64,000 nt of DNA, from the NCBI RefSeq assembly GCF_009914755.1, contig NC_060931.1; one strand, written 5' to 3'. Of the stretch, positions 29,411 through 45,099 are shown piece by piece (the stretch's first letter is position 1; each line of letters starts with the position of its first letter). The stretch is from the human T2T-CHM13v2.0 reference genome, Homo sapiens. The position numbers and the translations under genes were made by a program. The notes beneath the pieces were generated by a model that saw only the letters and a list, made by a program, of their open reading frames with translations, made no database searches and had not been told where the DNA came from.

Positions 29411-31510
29411 ACAACATCATATGGAATGAGCAAAAACTGGAAATATTCCCTTTGAGAACTGGAACAAGAAAAGGATACAACTCTCACCTATTCAACATAG
29501 TACTGGAAGTGCTAGCCAAAGCAGTTAGGCAAGAGAAAGAAATGAAAGGGGCATCCAAACAGGAAAAGAAGAAGTCGAACTCTTTCTTCCCGAATTATAT
29601 GATTCTGTACTTAGAAAACCCTAAGGACTCTGTCAAAAGGCTATTAGAACTGATAAACGATTTTAGCAAGGTTGTAGGGTACAAAATCAATGGACAAAAA
29701 TCAGTAGCATTTCTATACATGTTCAAACTGAGAGCCAAATTAAGAATGCAATCCAATTTACAATAGATTAAAAAATTGAGATATCTAGGAATACATCTAA
29801 CCAAAGAAGTGAAAGATTTGTACAAGGAGAACTACAAAACACTGATAAAATAAATCATGGATGACGGAATCAAATAGAAAAACATCCCATGCTCGTGGAT
29901 TGAAAGAATCAGTATTATTAAAATGGCCGTATTTCACAAAGCAATCCACAGATACAACACTATTCTTATCAAACTATCAGTGTCATTTTTTACAGAATTG
30001 GAAAAAACTATGTTAAAATTCATATGGAACCAAAAAGAGCTTGAATAGCCAAAGAAATCCTAAGCAAAAAGAACAACACTGGAGGCATCACATTACCTGA
30101 CTTCAAACTGTGTTATAAGGCTACAGTAACCAAAACAGCACAGTACTTCTACAAAAACAGACCCAGACCAATGCAACAGAGTAGGGCACCCAGAAATAAG
30201 GCCACCCCCCTACAGTCATGTAATCTCCAACAAAATTGACAAAAATAAACAATAGGGAAAGGAGACCCTAATAAATGATACTGGAAAAACTGGCTAGTCA
30301 CAAGCAGAAGAATGAAACTGAATCCCTATCTCTCACCATATGCAAAAATTAACTCAAGATGGATTAAAGATTTAAATTCTCAAACTATAAGAATCCTAGA
30401 AGAAAACCTAGGAAACACCATTCTGGACATCAGCCTTAGGAAAGAATTTATAAGTCCTCAAAAGCAATTGCAACAAAAACAAAAGTTGACAAGTGGAACC
30501 TATTAAACTAAAGAGCTTCTGCATGGCAAAAGAAACTATCAACAGAGTGAATAGACAACCTACAGAATGGGAGAAAATATTTGCAAATTATGCATCCAAC
30601 AAAAGTCTAATATCTAAAATCTATAAAAACTTAATTGAACAAGCAAAAAACAACCCCATTAAAAAATGGGCAAAAGACATGAACAGACACTTCTCAAAAG
30701 AAGACATATAAGCAGCCAGCAAACATATGAAGAAATGCTCCGTGTCACTAATCATCAGAGAAATGCAAATCAAAACCAGAATGAGATACCATCTCACATC
30801 AGTCAGGATGGCTATTATTAGGGTCAAAAAACAGATGATGGCATGGCTGTGGAGAAAAGGGAACATTTATACACTGCTGGTGGGAATGTAAATTAGTTCA
30901 GCCACTGTGAAGAGCAGTTTGGAGATTTCCAAAAGAACTTAAAACAGAGCTATCGTTTGTCCCAGCAATCCCATTACTCTGTGTATTTCCAAAAGAAAAC
31001 AAACCGTTACACCAAAAAGACACAGGCAAATGCATGATCATCGCTGCACTATTCACAATAGCAAAGACATGTATTCAACCTAGGTGTCCATCAGTTGTGG
31101 ACTGAATAAAGAAAATGTGGTACATATACACCATGGAATACTAGGCAGCCATAAAAAAGAATGAATCATGTCCTTTGCAGCAACATGCATGCAGCGGGAG
31201 GCCATTAATACTAAGCAAATTAGTGCAGGAACAGAAAACCAAATACTACATGTTCTTACCTACAAGTGGGAGCTAAACATTGGGTACTCACAGACATAAA
31301 GATGGCAACAGTAGAAACTGGGTTCTACTAGAAGGGGGATGGAGGGAGTGGGGCAAGGGTTGAAAAACTAATTGCTGGGTACAATGCTCAGTACCTGGTT
31401 GACAGGAACACGTGTACCCCAAACCTCAGAATCACACAATATACCCAAGCAACAAACCTCCACGTGTACCCCTGAATCTAAAAGTTGAAAAAAATAAAGA
31501 TAAATAAATA
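29411..31510 (+). mobile_element. 5'-truncated L1 (L1PB/old L1PA type): decayed ORF2 3' half, 3'UTR and tail
   Basis: ORF fragments [73 protein letters not shown] are L1 ORF2p; stops and frameshifts; (TAAA)n tail. Confidence 0.95.
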
Positions 31511-32016
31511 AATAGATTGAAATGGTATGAGTGCAGCAACATAATGACAGATTAGTGGAACTATATAAATTGAACAGAAATTGACCCTAATATAAATTTC
31601 GTAAATAATAGTGATAGAATAAAAAATATTTGAGTAAAGAATATATTAAACAATAAGTATTACTAATACAATTAGTTAACTACTTTGAAAAAAACTTTAA
31701 GATATGTTTCCTCTTTTACCCATACCTCAATCCCTGATAGATTTGAGTGAAACATAAAGTATGAAATCATAAAAACTCAAAAGAAAATATGGATAAATAA
31801 GTTAGAGACAGAAATCTTTTAAGCCTAAAATAACAGAATGATAACAATGGAAAAGAAATCAGGATATTTGACAATATAAAATGTTGAAGTTTTGTAAGTT
31901 AAAAAAATAAGCAAAATAAAAAGATAAGCAAATATTGGGAAATTGTGTCATATTTACAACAACGGTGGATAATTTCCCATTTTCCCTTAATATATGACAG
32001 AAGTTGTAAAATATGA

Positions 32017-32795
<779 letters not shown>

Positions 32796-32807
32796 GGGGA
32801 GGGAGGA

Positions 32808-32840
32808 AGAGAGAGAGAGAGAGAGCGAGAGAGAGCGCGC
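32808..32840. repeat. (GA)n microsatellite in place of the pseudogene poly(A) tail
   Basis: agagagagagagagagagcgagagagagcgcgc. Confidence 0.9.
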
Positions 32841-32959
32841 AGTAAAATCCTATTACAAAAATAGACACGAACTATCTCTCCATTTATTGTTTTTATTTGA
32901 TACACACTTATTGAGCACCTATGGTGTACCAGCCAATGTGATAGATGTGAGTCACACGT

Positions 32960-33660
32960 GAGGACATGTAAAAACTTTAAAAAGACTGTGAAATCAATGA
33001 GAAGATATTTACTCATGCTAGAAAACAAACCACAAACTAATGAAAAGTACTGTCATTTTGCCTATCATATTAAAAAAATTAAAAACTATACAACTCAATG
33101 CTGTTGAAGATGTCCTGAGACGGGCACTCAGTGCAGAGGGAAGTGTCCAGGGGTCTCTACGTGTGCTTTGCAAGCAGTTTGGTGCTCAGCATCCATGGTG
33201 TCACTGAGTTATCAGGGTCCTCAGAGAATAACAGAGCAAAGTACTCAGAAATTGGTGCAAGGAATAAGCTATACAGATGTTCATTTGCAGCATTATATAT
33301 ATATTTAAAATAGTGTAAAATTAAGAATATCTTTAAAAATCCAACAAAAAGTTTACTTGAAATCCTATTTAGTAATACCATAATATGGAATAATGTGTAG
33401 CCTTTATGAAAGAATTCTCCTAAGACTATTTAATAAAATAAAAATCTCTCATAACATAATGTTACATAAGTAAATCACAATGTTAATGGTATATGCAGCA
33501 TAGTATTTGTTGGCTGAAAAATACACATGCATGCACTGAAAATAGAATGGAAGGAAATCTCTAATATAATAATAGTGCTTATCTTGGGGTGATGACGCTT
33601 GAGGTGGTTTTTGGTTTTCTCTGAATGCTTCTTAAAAAATTTGTTATAAACTACTTGTAA
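32960..33660 (+). mobile_element. Ancient L1ME-type 3' end
   Basis: agatgttcatttgcagcattat...ataatatggaataatgtgtagcc; diverged L1 3' text. Confidence 0.55.
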
Positions 33661-33865
33661 TTAGTAAGCATTGTTTTTATCATAAAAACTGTGAATATGG
33701 AAGAAATGGTATTAAGTTTTAGAAAAGTAGGGGTGAGGGAGAGTAATGTAGATGCAAATGCACTAATCACCTCCCCAAATTACGGAGCTGCCTTGAAGCC
33801 TGGTCATTAATTCATCCACACTATCTTCCTCCACTATTTACTCACCAAGTAGTCTGTTCTTATGC

Positions 33866-33866
33866 G

Positions 33867-33897
<31 letters not shown>
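33866..33897. repeat. (CA)n microsatellite
   Basis: cgcacgcacacacacacacacac... Confidence 0.95.
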
Positions 33898-35505
33898 TAC
33901 CCTCCCACCCTCCCCCACTCACTCCCTGCAACAATTTCAGTCATTGTTAATTTGCTGGATAGGTGGCTGTGGGTTTATTCAATCAAATGCTTTACAGAGT
34001 TTTGCCAATATCCTGCTAATTGATCCACAGGCCACCTCTGGTGATTTATGGTGTTTTATAGTGTCAGCTCTTATTGAATTTTCTTACTAGATTTTTGTGG
34101 TTAAAATTGTTTCATACATTGAGATCTATTATAGTGTATGGCATTCAATACTTGTACTGGAAGACAGAGGCAGAGGTTTAAGGAATAAGGAGGTTTAAAG
34201 AATCAATTGTGCAGAAGGCCCCTTATCAGATGGCTCTGCTCTGGTTCCTGTTGATGGGGGCCCAGTGGGAAGATGTGACCTTTTCATTTTTTTTCTTGTC
34301 TGTGGAAGGGATATCAGAAATGGTAAGAAATGATCTTACATAACAACTATGCCAGGGACAGTTTATTTTGGATCAATCTAGCAGACTGACTCCTAGCATA
34401 GCCTGTTCTTTAGAGTTACTAAAAGGCCAGGGACATTGATTTCCATGTCAAGACTCATAAGCTCTTTGTGTGTGGGGGTCCCCTGAGAATTCCCCTTATG
34501 TCCCAGCAAGTAAATAGAGACCTCCAGTGATGCTGGTCCCAGTATGGCATTGATTTTAAAAGGATAAGTTTCTCACACAGTCGTTTGTAGAATTTAAAAA
34601 GAGACTACATTTTAAAAAAATATAGGTAATAAGATACTGGTCAAAATAAAATGCAGGTAGAAATTCACATTACAATTACTTTTAAAAATCATAAGTAGCC
34701 TGTTCTTTTCCTGTGTCATGTGGAATTCCATCATCTTTATGTCATTATAAATTATGCCTAATCCTGATAAAATGTGCCTTATTTATTTGATGATACTATT
34801 TATTTTTGCAAGTTTAAATGCTTTAGGCCAATGCAGTCTTCCCTGTCCACTGGCACACTCCAGGTTTGAAACTAGATCTGAAACTGAAGCTGACTGACGA
34901 TTTATAGTACGTACAAAATTAGCTCAGCTTTCCTGTCTCCTGAGGAGCAAGTTCTTTATTTGGCACATGCTCCAGCTTCTCTGTTTTCTTAGTTTTACTT
35001 TTCCTAAAGTGAAGTCAACCACCTGAACCATACAGAATGCTCTGCAACCCTCCTTCACTCACGGAGCTTAGAAAGTGCGTTCAGCAGAAATACAGGCGTC
35101 TCTAATCCCACTTCGCCAGATTATATTTGTACTCAGAAATGTGTTGGATCTTCTCAGTGTTGGCCAGAAGCCTCATTTGGGTTTTCTCTTGGATTTTCAG
35201 GATGCTCAGGGCTCTTTGGTCTCCTCCTTTCTCTAGTCCTCCTCTTCTTTCTCTATCTAATGTAAGAACAGATTTTATAATATATGTGAAAGAGAAATCA
35301 GTTCATTCATTAGGTAAAATGTGAAGATGAACAAACCTCCCTTATCTCCTCTCCATCCTCCTACTCAGGCAATGGATGACCCTACTTCACACTTTGTTGA
35401 GACAATTGCAGGGATCAGAAAAGAGCTTCCACTGACTCCCACTGCCACCTGCCGCCATGACGCTGCCTCCCTGCCTTTATATGACAGGTGAACGGCCCGC
35501 ATGTC

Positions 35506-35688
35506 CAAGCTTGTGAAACCCACCTTATCTTGTTGTTGTTGTTCCGTTTGGTTTTGTTTTAGGTGTTTAGCAGCCTGAAGCCATGGTTTTTCGTTTCTGT
35601 CTGTACTGATAAGCAGATAAGAGGGATGAGGAAGGGGCTTTACTGGCCCAACCAAAAATAGAAACTAAGAACCCATGACTGTATTCTC
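35506..35688 (-). mobile_element. MER107-like DNA transposon fossil
   Basis: cagcctgaagccatggttttt...agagggatgaggaaggggctttactggcccaacc...gaaactaagaacccatgactgtattctc matches the recalled MER107 consensus. Confidence 0.6.
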
Positions 35689-35699
35689 CGCCATGACTG

Positions 35700-37200
35700 G
35701 GACCCACCTGCACACCAGGCCTTGCCCTTTGCCACCTGCTAGGATGTCTTTCCAGCAGCTTCTCTCTCCCTCAGTTAGACCATTTCCGTAGGCATCCACC
35801 AGCAATTTCTCCCAGATCTTGTCATCTCCCACTTCCTTCTCCATTTACCACACATTGTCTTCTCCCCTCTTCCAGCAGAACTTCTTCCAAGAAGCATCTG
35901 GACTGCCTGAAGTTCCTTCCTACTCCCTCAGTAAAGTTGTTCTTGTTAGAACCACCAAGGATCTCCACTTTGGAAATTCCCCTGGCCCATTTTCAGCCCT
36001 CATCTTCTGTGCTGGACACGGTTGACTGTACCTCCCAGGAAATGCAGCTTGATGTGCTTCCAGGAAGTCATCATTCCCTGTTTTCTTTTTCCAAATTCGT
36101 GCTCCTTCTTGGGCTCTTTCCCTGACTCCCCCAGACCTTTAACTGTGGGCTGCCCCTGGGCTCAGACCTGGCCCTCTCCTGCTATCCATACCCTTCCTGG
36201 TGGTCGCATCTACTCTTGTGACTTGAAATAACATATATTGGCAGGTGACCCCCAAATGTATATGCCCATTTCAGACCCTGCCCCTGAATGTTCCCCTGAA
36301 TATTCAGCTCCTGCTTGAGGTCTTCAACTGGGATGTCTTATAAGCATCTCAAACTTAAAATATTCCAGCCAACATCCTTATCTGATCATCAGCCATTTCA
36401 ATCTTCCTCATGTCAGTGAACAGCGATTCCCTCCTTCCTGTTTCTCCGGCCAAAACCTGTGGTGTCATCCTTGACTCATCCTTTCTCTGCACCCCACATC
36501 CAAACCTCTAGCCTCAAAAATAGATCTGGAATCTGATCGTCTCTCGGCACATCCGCAGCTCCCACCCTGGTTCTAGCAAGCGGCAGCTCCCCCATCACTG
36601 CAGCGGCTTCCCACCTGCTCCTCCTGTTCCCACCCATGCGGCCCGTTCTCATCACAGACCCCAGCATGGGCCTTCTCAAAGCATGGAACATGTCACTTCC
36701 CTGTTCAGAGCCTCAGATGGCTCCCAGAGCCCCAACCATGGCCTCCGAGGCTCTATGTGATCTGATCCCCCTTTTGCCTTCTTTCCCCTTCCCCTCCTCT
36801 CTCTCCACTCCAGTCACATGGCCTCCCTGCCACTCCCCAGGTGCACCTGCTTAAGGGTGTCAGGCTTGGTCTCCCCTCTGCTTCCAGTGCTTTTTCCCTT
36901 GAGGTCTAAGTTGTCACTTCTCCTCCTCCTCCTAAGTCACCCCTAGGAGGTCTTTCCTGACCACCGCATTTACAATTGCAACCACCCACGCTCCCTAACT
37001 CCCTTCCCTGCCTCACACTCCACACCCTCATCCCTTTCTAATATAGATTATAATTTACCTAACTGTCTTGTTTGTAGTCTCCTCCCCATTAGGATTCAAG
37101 CTCTGTGAGGACAGAAATTTCTGTCTGTGTTTGCTGCTGTATCTGGAGTGCCTAGCATAGTCCCTGGCTTACAGGAAGTCAGTTGCATAAATGAATACAT
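35700..37200 (+). mobile_element. L2a LINE 3' portion
   Basis: gcatctcaaactta...aaaacctgtggtgtcatccttgactc...gagtgcctagcatagtccctggc...ataaatgaat, L2 3' end. Confidence 0.75.
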
Positions 37201-39860
37201 CCAGCAGTTTTCAGTGATTGAGAGCAAGGACAGTGTTATTTCTTTGAGCTGGGTTAGATTATATTTCCTACCCATTTATTTCAGATTCAACATTTGGTGT
37301 GGGCTTGAGGTTGGGTATTCAATTTGTGCTATGTGTAAGGGCATTCCCCTTCCAGCTGTGGGGACTCTGTGATAATGAACTGACTGAATAAGTTTTATTT
37401 TTATGAACTAATTTTGAACAAGTAGCAGACAAAGCAAAATGCTTCTCTGTGTCCTTTTTTTTAGGGTGTGGGAGGGATTACCTTACAGTTTCAATTGAGT
37501 GAGAAGAAGCATTTTAAATAAAATATTTGTTCATAAGCCAGAGGCCCTGCACTTTCATCAGATCCTGTTGCCCTCTAAAGTGTCCCATGGCATTTAGGCC
37601 AAATTGCAAATCCTCTCGGTGAGCTGCAAGGTTCTGCCTCATCTAGAGCCTAACCCGACCATCCACGCTCTTCTTTTTTACTATGCTGGGGCCTCACTAG
37701 TCTTCACTTAGTTCCTTGAACCTGTTGGGAATTCCCATCTTCATACCTTTGCACAGGCTATGCGTCTGCCTAGAATGTGCGCCCTCCTTGTCCCCATTTC
37801 ATTTGTTCTGAAGCTGATGTGTTTTCTCTGCAGATAGCTCCTCTGCCACCTTCTCCAAAATATCTCCCACCTTGATTCTCTTATGGCACCTGATTTTTTT
37901 CCTTCATGGGGTATAGTAATTTGTAAGTATATTTTTATTGGTGTATTTGTTTCCTTGACTGTCTCCCTGAAACTCTATGTTGCTTGAGAACAGGGACCAT
38001 TGCTTGTTTTGTCTAAACCACAGCAGTGCAGCGACTATTACAGTAGATGCTCAGTGGGCCTTTCCCCTTGGTCAAGAATCACCAAGAGCTCCCTTCACTG
38101 GGGAACTCTTCTGAGTTAGACCATCTTCTGAGACAGAGCATCTGCTGAAGACAGATGGTCTTCACAGCTCACTGGGGAGGCTGAAGAGGAGAAGGTCAGA
38201 ATGGGATTGGGGTGGTCTCAGCATGGAAAGGGAGTGGTGAGTGAAGGGACCCTGGATCCTCTGATAAATCTCTGTCCCAGATGCTGGGTCAGGACTAGGA
38301 ATTCTTATCACCTTTTCCCAAAGGAGTCAGATGCTCCAAGGAGAGAGTGCCTCCTCTAGGTAACACCAGTGGTGACAGAGCCCATCTGCACTTTTGGTTT
38401 AATCCAAGATCCTCATGGAAATAGCATCGTGCAGGAGTGCAGGGTCACAAGATGGAGTGGCGATTCCACCACTGAACACCTGTGACCTTACCCGTCCAGT
38501 GTCAGGGAGGGGCAGGACCTTGTGGATTTGGTCCAAATTTACTCTAGGAAATAGCAATCCACTCCAAAAAAGGGCGATTAAAATGCCGAGTCACACAGCT
38601 AGTTAACTGCAGAATGACAACTAGAACCTAAGTTACCTCAATCCCAGGCCACTGAGACGTAAGACAAGTTTTGCCAGCTTGTCTTTTATTTGATGAATTG
38701 TAGTTCCTGGTGAGCAGAAATACAAGGAGAAAAAGTTTTACAAATTTAAGCAAGAGCACAATAGCACACTTAGAAGACTTTTGAGAGGAGGATGAGTACT
38801 CGTGATAATCCCAGTACAATGAGAAAGCCAGCACCCCGTTTCTGTGATCTGAAATGGATCTCGGCTCATTCCCTTTACAACTTTGTTGGAAAGAGAACGA
38901 ACACACAAAGGACCTCAAGACACTGCCAGAAAAGAACACTTTGAGACACTTGAAGAAAAGAACCCCAGCCAACTATATACTCAGGTGGACAATAACGCTC
39001 TTGCTCACTAGGAGCAAATGGGTTTGAGGAACAGGGAGAAGGCAGTTAAGAGAGGGGAAGTCTCCAGTTAGAGGAAGACTGGAAATGTAACCCAAATGCT
39101 GAGGTTTTCATGCATTCCCGACACAGTATTCTCTTTTCCCGTTTTGTTTGGGGCTGTTTTTCCCCCCATGAAAATTGGCATTTAAGATTTTTGATGGCTT
39201 AAGATTCTAGGATCCTGCACTCATTGACTGGGGGAGTGGAGGTGAGGCGATTTCTGACCCGCTGCTTCTCATCACAGCAGTTCTGCACCCCTCACCTCCG
39301 CCCACCCAAGCAAGTGGCAAAGAGCACTGCTGAGAGTCCCTTCAGCAGCCTTTGGCCCTGTCACTGCAGGAAGCCCCAGCCCGAATCATTTGCGTCATGG
39401 CCATCACTGTCTCAGGCTCAGCTCCAAAACGGCATCTCCTATCTCCTGTTTCCTGCAGACTGAGCCCCTCTCTGCGACTTGTTGCACCAGGCTCTCCACA
39501 GCTGGTGTCCAACAATAGCTGACATTGGGTGGACACCTGCTGTGTGCCAAGCTCTATACATGAATTAGCCCTGATTTTCAAACAACTTTATCGTGGAAAT
39601 ACAATTATTCCTCATTTACAGATAGAAAACCTGTTATTCAGAGGTTGTGCAATATCACAATAGCAAGGGGAGAGCTGGAGTTTAAACCCAGACCTGACTT
39701 CAAACACAAGCTCTTTCAAGTCTGTAGCCTCCTCTCCAGCCTCAGCTCTTCTTTCTCTCAGTCCACTCTCCCTCAAATGCACTGCAGCTAACAACCAGAC
39801 TGCTTGCTAAGCCTCTTCTAGCTCTGCCTTCAGAATTAGATCCTCCTCTTTCTTTTTCTG

Positions 39861-40031
39861 TTCTCTTTCTTTGCTTTCTTTTTTTTTTTTTTTTTTTTTT
39901 TTTTAGAGAGACAAGGTCTAACTATGTTGCCCAGGCTAGTCTCTTGTATTCCTGGCCTCAAGTAATCCTCCTGCCTTAGCCTCCCAAGTAGCTGGGATTT
40001 AATATTATGGGTGTGAGCCACCATGCTTAGC
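39861..40031 (-). mobile_element. Alu monomer (FLAM-like)
   Basis: Long T tail plus single arm; TSD tcagaatt(a/g)gat(c/t)ct. Confidence 0.88.
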
Positions 40032-41000
40032 TCAGAATTGGATTCTTATGGCATCCTGCATGTGCAAGAACTCAAAGTCCTGCCCTGCATCCTTTAAGTC
40101 CCAACATGTCTGACACTCTCTCCATGAGCCTTTTTCGAGTCCCTCATCCAGCTTAACTGTGTTTCCTTTCCAGCTGTCATAGAGCAATGTGACTTTATTG
40201 CACTCTGCCTCAGATATTAGTTGTGCAGCTATTTAGTTACAGGTCTAATTTCTACTGCTAGATTGAAGGACATGTATTTACAGCAGGAGCAATGTCTTGC
40301 TCAGCTTAGATCACTGAATGTGCCTCTTACGGCTGTGTGCATGGGTCACTTATGTCCCTCCAGCCAGGATGCTTAATGGGCAAACCCAGTTCAGTGGCTG
40401 GTGCATCACTTTAATGAACAGAGCAGGAGGAAAGGCAGGTGGCAGGACAAGGCAAGGGCTGCTGTGGCAAGGGCCCCGCATCACACTCTTTTTGGCTGAC
40501 TTCACTCATCTGCTGAGAACTTCCTTCCCTGTGATGCCATCCGGATGACAGGAGCTGGCGACAAGGGTCAGATCTGCCTTCTGTAAAGTCGTTTCCAGCC
40601 CCTATGGGCATGTTTCTTGCCTAGTGTTCAGTGTTCACAGGCTGTCTCAAATCCCACTACATGCCAGGCCCAGAGCAGAGCAAGAATAAGAAGAGAGACC
40701 GAACATATGATTAAGTATTTGGAAGTTATAAAGTGAGACACAAACTGTTCAAGAAAATATAATAAATAGATATCATTAAATATATCTTTTAAAATTGTTA
40801 AATAAAATACCAAATTTAAATGCAAGTCACTAATAAAGCTGATTTTAAACACTTTCAATAATTATATTTTATTAAATATTATTATAAGACCATTTGCCTC
40901 TCTAGCATCCAACAGTCATCTAACTGACAATGTATAGAATCAATATTATGCTTCACAGCATGATATTCACAGCATATCTTGAACAGAAATTCCCAGTGTT

Positions 41001-41310
41001 GGCTGGGTGCGGTGGCTCACGACTGTAATACCAGCACTTTGGGAGGCCAAGGCAGGCAGATCACCTGAGGTCAAGAGTTCGAGACCAGCCTGGCCAACAT
41101 GGGAAAACCCCATCCCTACTAAAAATACATAAGTTAGCTGAGCGCAGTGGCAAGCAGCTGTAATCCCAGCTACTCGGGAGGCTGAGGCAGGAGAATTGCT
41201 TGAACCTGGGAGGCAGAGGTTGCAGTGAGCCGAGATCATGTCACTTGTCACTGCACTCCAACCTGGGTGATAGAGTAAGACTATCTCCAAAAAAAAAAAG
41301 AAAGAAAGAA
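41001..41310 (+). mobile_element. AluS-type SINE
   Basis: Full length; internal 7-nt duplication tgtcact; TSD agaaattc(cca/tcg)gtgt. Confidence 0.95.
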
Positions 41311-41319
41311 AGAAATTCT

Positions 41320-41825
41320 CGGTGTACAGTTTGGGGACCCCTGGAAGGCCCCCAGAGCCTTCAGTAAGGTCTGTAAGGTCAAAACTAATCAAAACTAATT
41401 TCATTGCAATATTAAGATTTTATTTGACCTTTTCATTATCTCACGAGTGAACACCGGAGTTTTTCAGAAGCTCCATGAAGTGTGATAATCACAACCCATT
41501 GAAGTCAGAAGTATGTGTGAGAATCCAGCTGTCTTCTGTTAAACCAGCTCTTAAAGACATTTTCAGAAATGTTAAATGATGCCATAATTCTCACTTTTTT
41601 TAATTTTGGAAAATGTATTTATTTTGCATAAAATATGTTATCCATTTTATGGGTTTCTTATTGTTCTCAAATGAACCAATATAAATAGTTTGCATGTTTT
41701 GCCTTAATTTCTAACATAATAAATACTGATAGATATAAGCCACATAAATAAAAGTTCTTTAGGATCCTCAATAATATTCAAGATTGTTGGTCAGTCCTGA
41801 AACCAAAACGTTTACCAAGCACTGA
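41320..41825. mobile_element. Charlie4-like hAT DNA transposon fossil
   Basis: ggggacccctggaaggcccccagagcc...gtaaggtcaaaacta...gtcctgaaaccaaaacgtttaccaagcactg. Confidence 0.55.
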
Positions 41826-42369
41826 TTTAGACCTACAGATATATCGATGTAAGAGTAACATATATTGTTCAATATTGCAAAACGTCCCTCAAAGTGGGAC
41901 CCCAAAGTAGGACCTTGACTTGGAAGAGGAAAAACATAAGACTGGACACAGCTGGGAAAGGATGCTTTTTTAATGCAGCAATCTATTTCCTCCATGTTTT
42001 CTGAGAGAAACAGTTGACAAGTTAATTAAATTGTCATTTCTCCTACCTGAGCGTGTCATTTCTGAAATCTTCCCCCAGCTGCGGCTGCCTTGAGTGTCAG
42101 GAGTGGAACAGCCACACCTCTTCCCAGCACCAGGATGCGTCTGCCCTTTGATTCAAGGACAAGGGAAGTAGAGATGTGGGGATTGAGTCAGGGGCCTGGG
42201 CTAATAATGGGGTCTCCAGCAGCAGGGCTCTCCTGTGTTTGAGATACGTGACTCTAAAGCAGGACCGTGGGGCGGGGACCCTTCTCACCTGGTTCTCTGC
42301 AGGCTGCCTAGTGACAGGTAATCTTATAGGAAATGGGAGGACTGTTTTTCCCAGATCTGAAATAATTTT

Positions 42370-42875
42370 CTTTTTTAAACATTTTTTAATTGACAAATGA
42401 AAATCATATTTCTTTATCATGTACATGTTGTTTTGAAATATGTGTGCATTGTAGAATGGCTAAGTCAAGCTAAGTAACATATGCATTTTCTCACACACTT
42501 CTTATTTTTTTGTGGCGAGAGCACTTAAAATCTATTCTCTTGGGGCCAAGTGCAGTGGCTTATGCCTATAATCCTAGCAATTTAGGAGGCCAAGACCAGC
42601 AGATGGCTTGAGCCCAGGAGTTTGAGACCAGCCTGGGCAACAAAGTGAGACCCATTTCTACAAAAAAAAAAAAAAAAAAAAAAGACAGAAACAGAAGGAA
42701 GGAAGGAAGGGAAAGAAAGAATCTATTCCCTTGTCAATTTTCAAGATCAATACCTTGTTATTATCTACAGTTACCCTGTTGTACAATAGATCACTTGAAC
42801 TTACTCATTCTTTCTATCTAATGTATCCTGTCAAATGTATCCTTTGACCAACATCTCCCCAATTTCCCTTCCCTG
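42370..42875 (-). mobile_element. L1MA-type 3' end interrupted by a + strand Alu monomer (42544-42682)
   Basis: ttgtggcgagagcacttaaaatctattctctt...tgtacaatagatcacttgaactt...cctttgaccaacatctcccc; Alu TSD aatctattc(t/c)cttg. Confidence 0.85.
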
Positions 42876-43646
42876 AAATAATTTGTATTCTATTCTTAAT
42901 AAAATAATAACCTTATGAGGTACATTTACAAGTATTATTCCATTTTCTTTCCACAACAAACATGGGAAATCATATAATTTACATTTGATGTTATTAATGA
43001 GGAAATTGTGGAGGAAAAAGGTTAAGAAACACCCAAGGTTGCAGATCTGGCAAGTGGCAGAGCCAGGACTGCCCCAGGTCTTATAATGTGAAACTTTGAA
43101 GGGCTCTGATTTTATTCCTTTTGTGCTTTATTCACATTTATGTGCTTTCTGTATGGATTTTTTTTTTTTTTTTGCTTTAAGGTTCTCATATTTGAATTTA
43201 TTAAGTGTAGTTATATTAACTTATTATAACTTTTGGGTAAAAAATGGACCAGCTCTTTTTAAAAAGAGCAAGTCTTACTGCTAACTGGGTCTTGCTAGGA
43301 CAATATTTATAGACACAGTAAAATGCAGCTCAAGACAAAAGGGGGAAATGGAACAGGTTGTTGTGAGAGCTTCCTGGGATTAGATATGTAGACAAACTGG
43401 ATCAGGGTCTCACCTGTGGAGCTCTGAAAAACCGTGATACTCAGACCTCACCACTGGCCAGTTAAGTCAGAATCCCTGGAGGCTAGGACCCAGACATCTG
43501 CATTGGTTAATGCTCTTCAAGCTATTTCAACATGCATCCCAGGTTGGCAACCACTGGACTAGGAAATCAAAACTCAGCCTGCATAGGTCCATGAGGATCT
43601 CTGAAGTTCATGAGTCATATGCCACTTGGACTGTAACCATTCATCA

Positions 43647-43982
<336 letters not shown>

Positions 43983-45099
43983 GAAACTGAGTGGGCAAAA
44001 TAAATAAATGACAATGAGCTAGATAGCAAGCTAACTCTTTTTAATCCCAGGAAAATGCTTAGACATGAAGTAATAGATTATACTGAAAGTACTAGGAATC
44101 CAAGTTTTGGCAAAGGCCAGTGGTCTAAACACAAGAACTAGTTAGGGACGTCTTAGTCTATGTCAGTAAGTCATATGGCTTGCAAAAAATCAGAGACCAC
44201 AGAGATAGATCAGAGAGACCTTCGAGCCATGTCCAAGATGGAAAGGACAAGCCAGAGGGTAAGTACATTATTGCCCTTGCTTTCAAGAGAGGAGCTCAGG
44301 ACCCTGAGAGGGTGGATGACTTGGAGGGAGGGCAGGTAGAGAAATGAATTGAACAGAGAGATGATGAGAAATCAGCACAGTCCAAACAGACAAGTTTCCC
44401 TTGAAGAAAAGAGACCTCTGAGATCCAACTATTGGGACCACATGAAGCACAGAGCATGCAGCCCAGTGATAATGCCATCAAGACTGCCCAAGCCTATGAT
44501 GGGGGTGCCCTATGACAGCCTTCCTTGATTTTGAGGCTAGCTTGGGTCCTCAAACCTTCAGAGATGTAGTGCAACCAGGATCGCTGACTTCTGCATTTTC
44601 CTTTCTCCTGATTGTCCAGTTGACCATTGCTCAGTTTTTACCCTGGGAAAGTAAATTTAATGCCAGTTTCATTATAGTAAATATTTAAAGGAATATTTAG
44701 TAAAAGTGCTGGCAAATGATAAGCTCTCAAAAATGGCAGCTATTATTTTTTCTTTACTATTTCTATTGGCAAATGCAGTTTTCGTTTGTCACTTTTTAAA
44801 TGATTTTTGTGCCCGGTAAAAGTTCAAACTGCCACCCACCCCCCCAAAGGTGTTTGGGAGGAGGGATATCACCAACCAAGGCCTCACCCAGAATCACACC
44901 TTATAACTACTAAAAAGTCATAGTCTCGGCCTACATAGACTTTGAAAATTGTGGACAGAGTTCAGGAAGCTCCATATGCTACATGAATGCCTGCCTTTTG
45001 TTGAAGCACCCTGAACTTCATGGGTCATCATTTAAGTTGTCCATACTAATGAAATGTGAAAGTCAATAGATTTGAAGAATTTGCATACAATGATAGCAA

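Noticed and set aside
29452-30711. Reverse-transcriptase-like ORFs as an active or novel retroelement
   Set aside because: Ordinary 5'-truncated L1 ORF2 remnant; the catalytic FADD motif has decayed (reads FPNY before MILY) and there are multiple stops
34024-34045. Possible CTCF site (ggccacctctggtg)
   Set aside because: Does not fit the CCASYAGRKGGC spacing, with core mismatches
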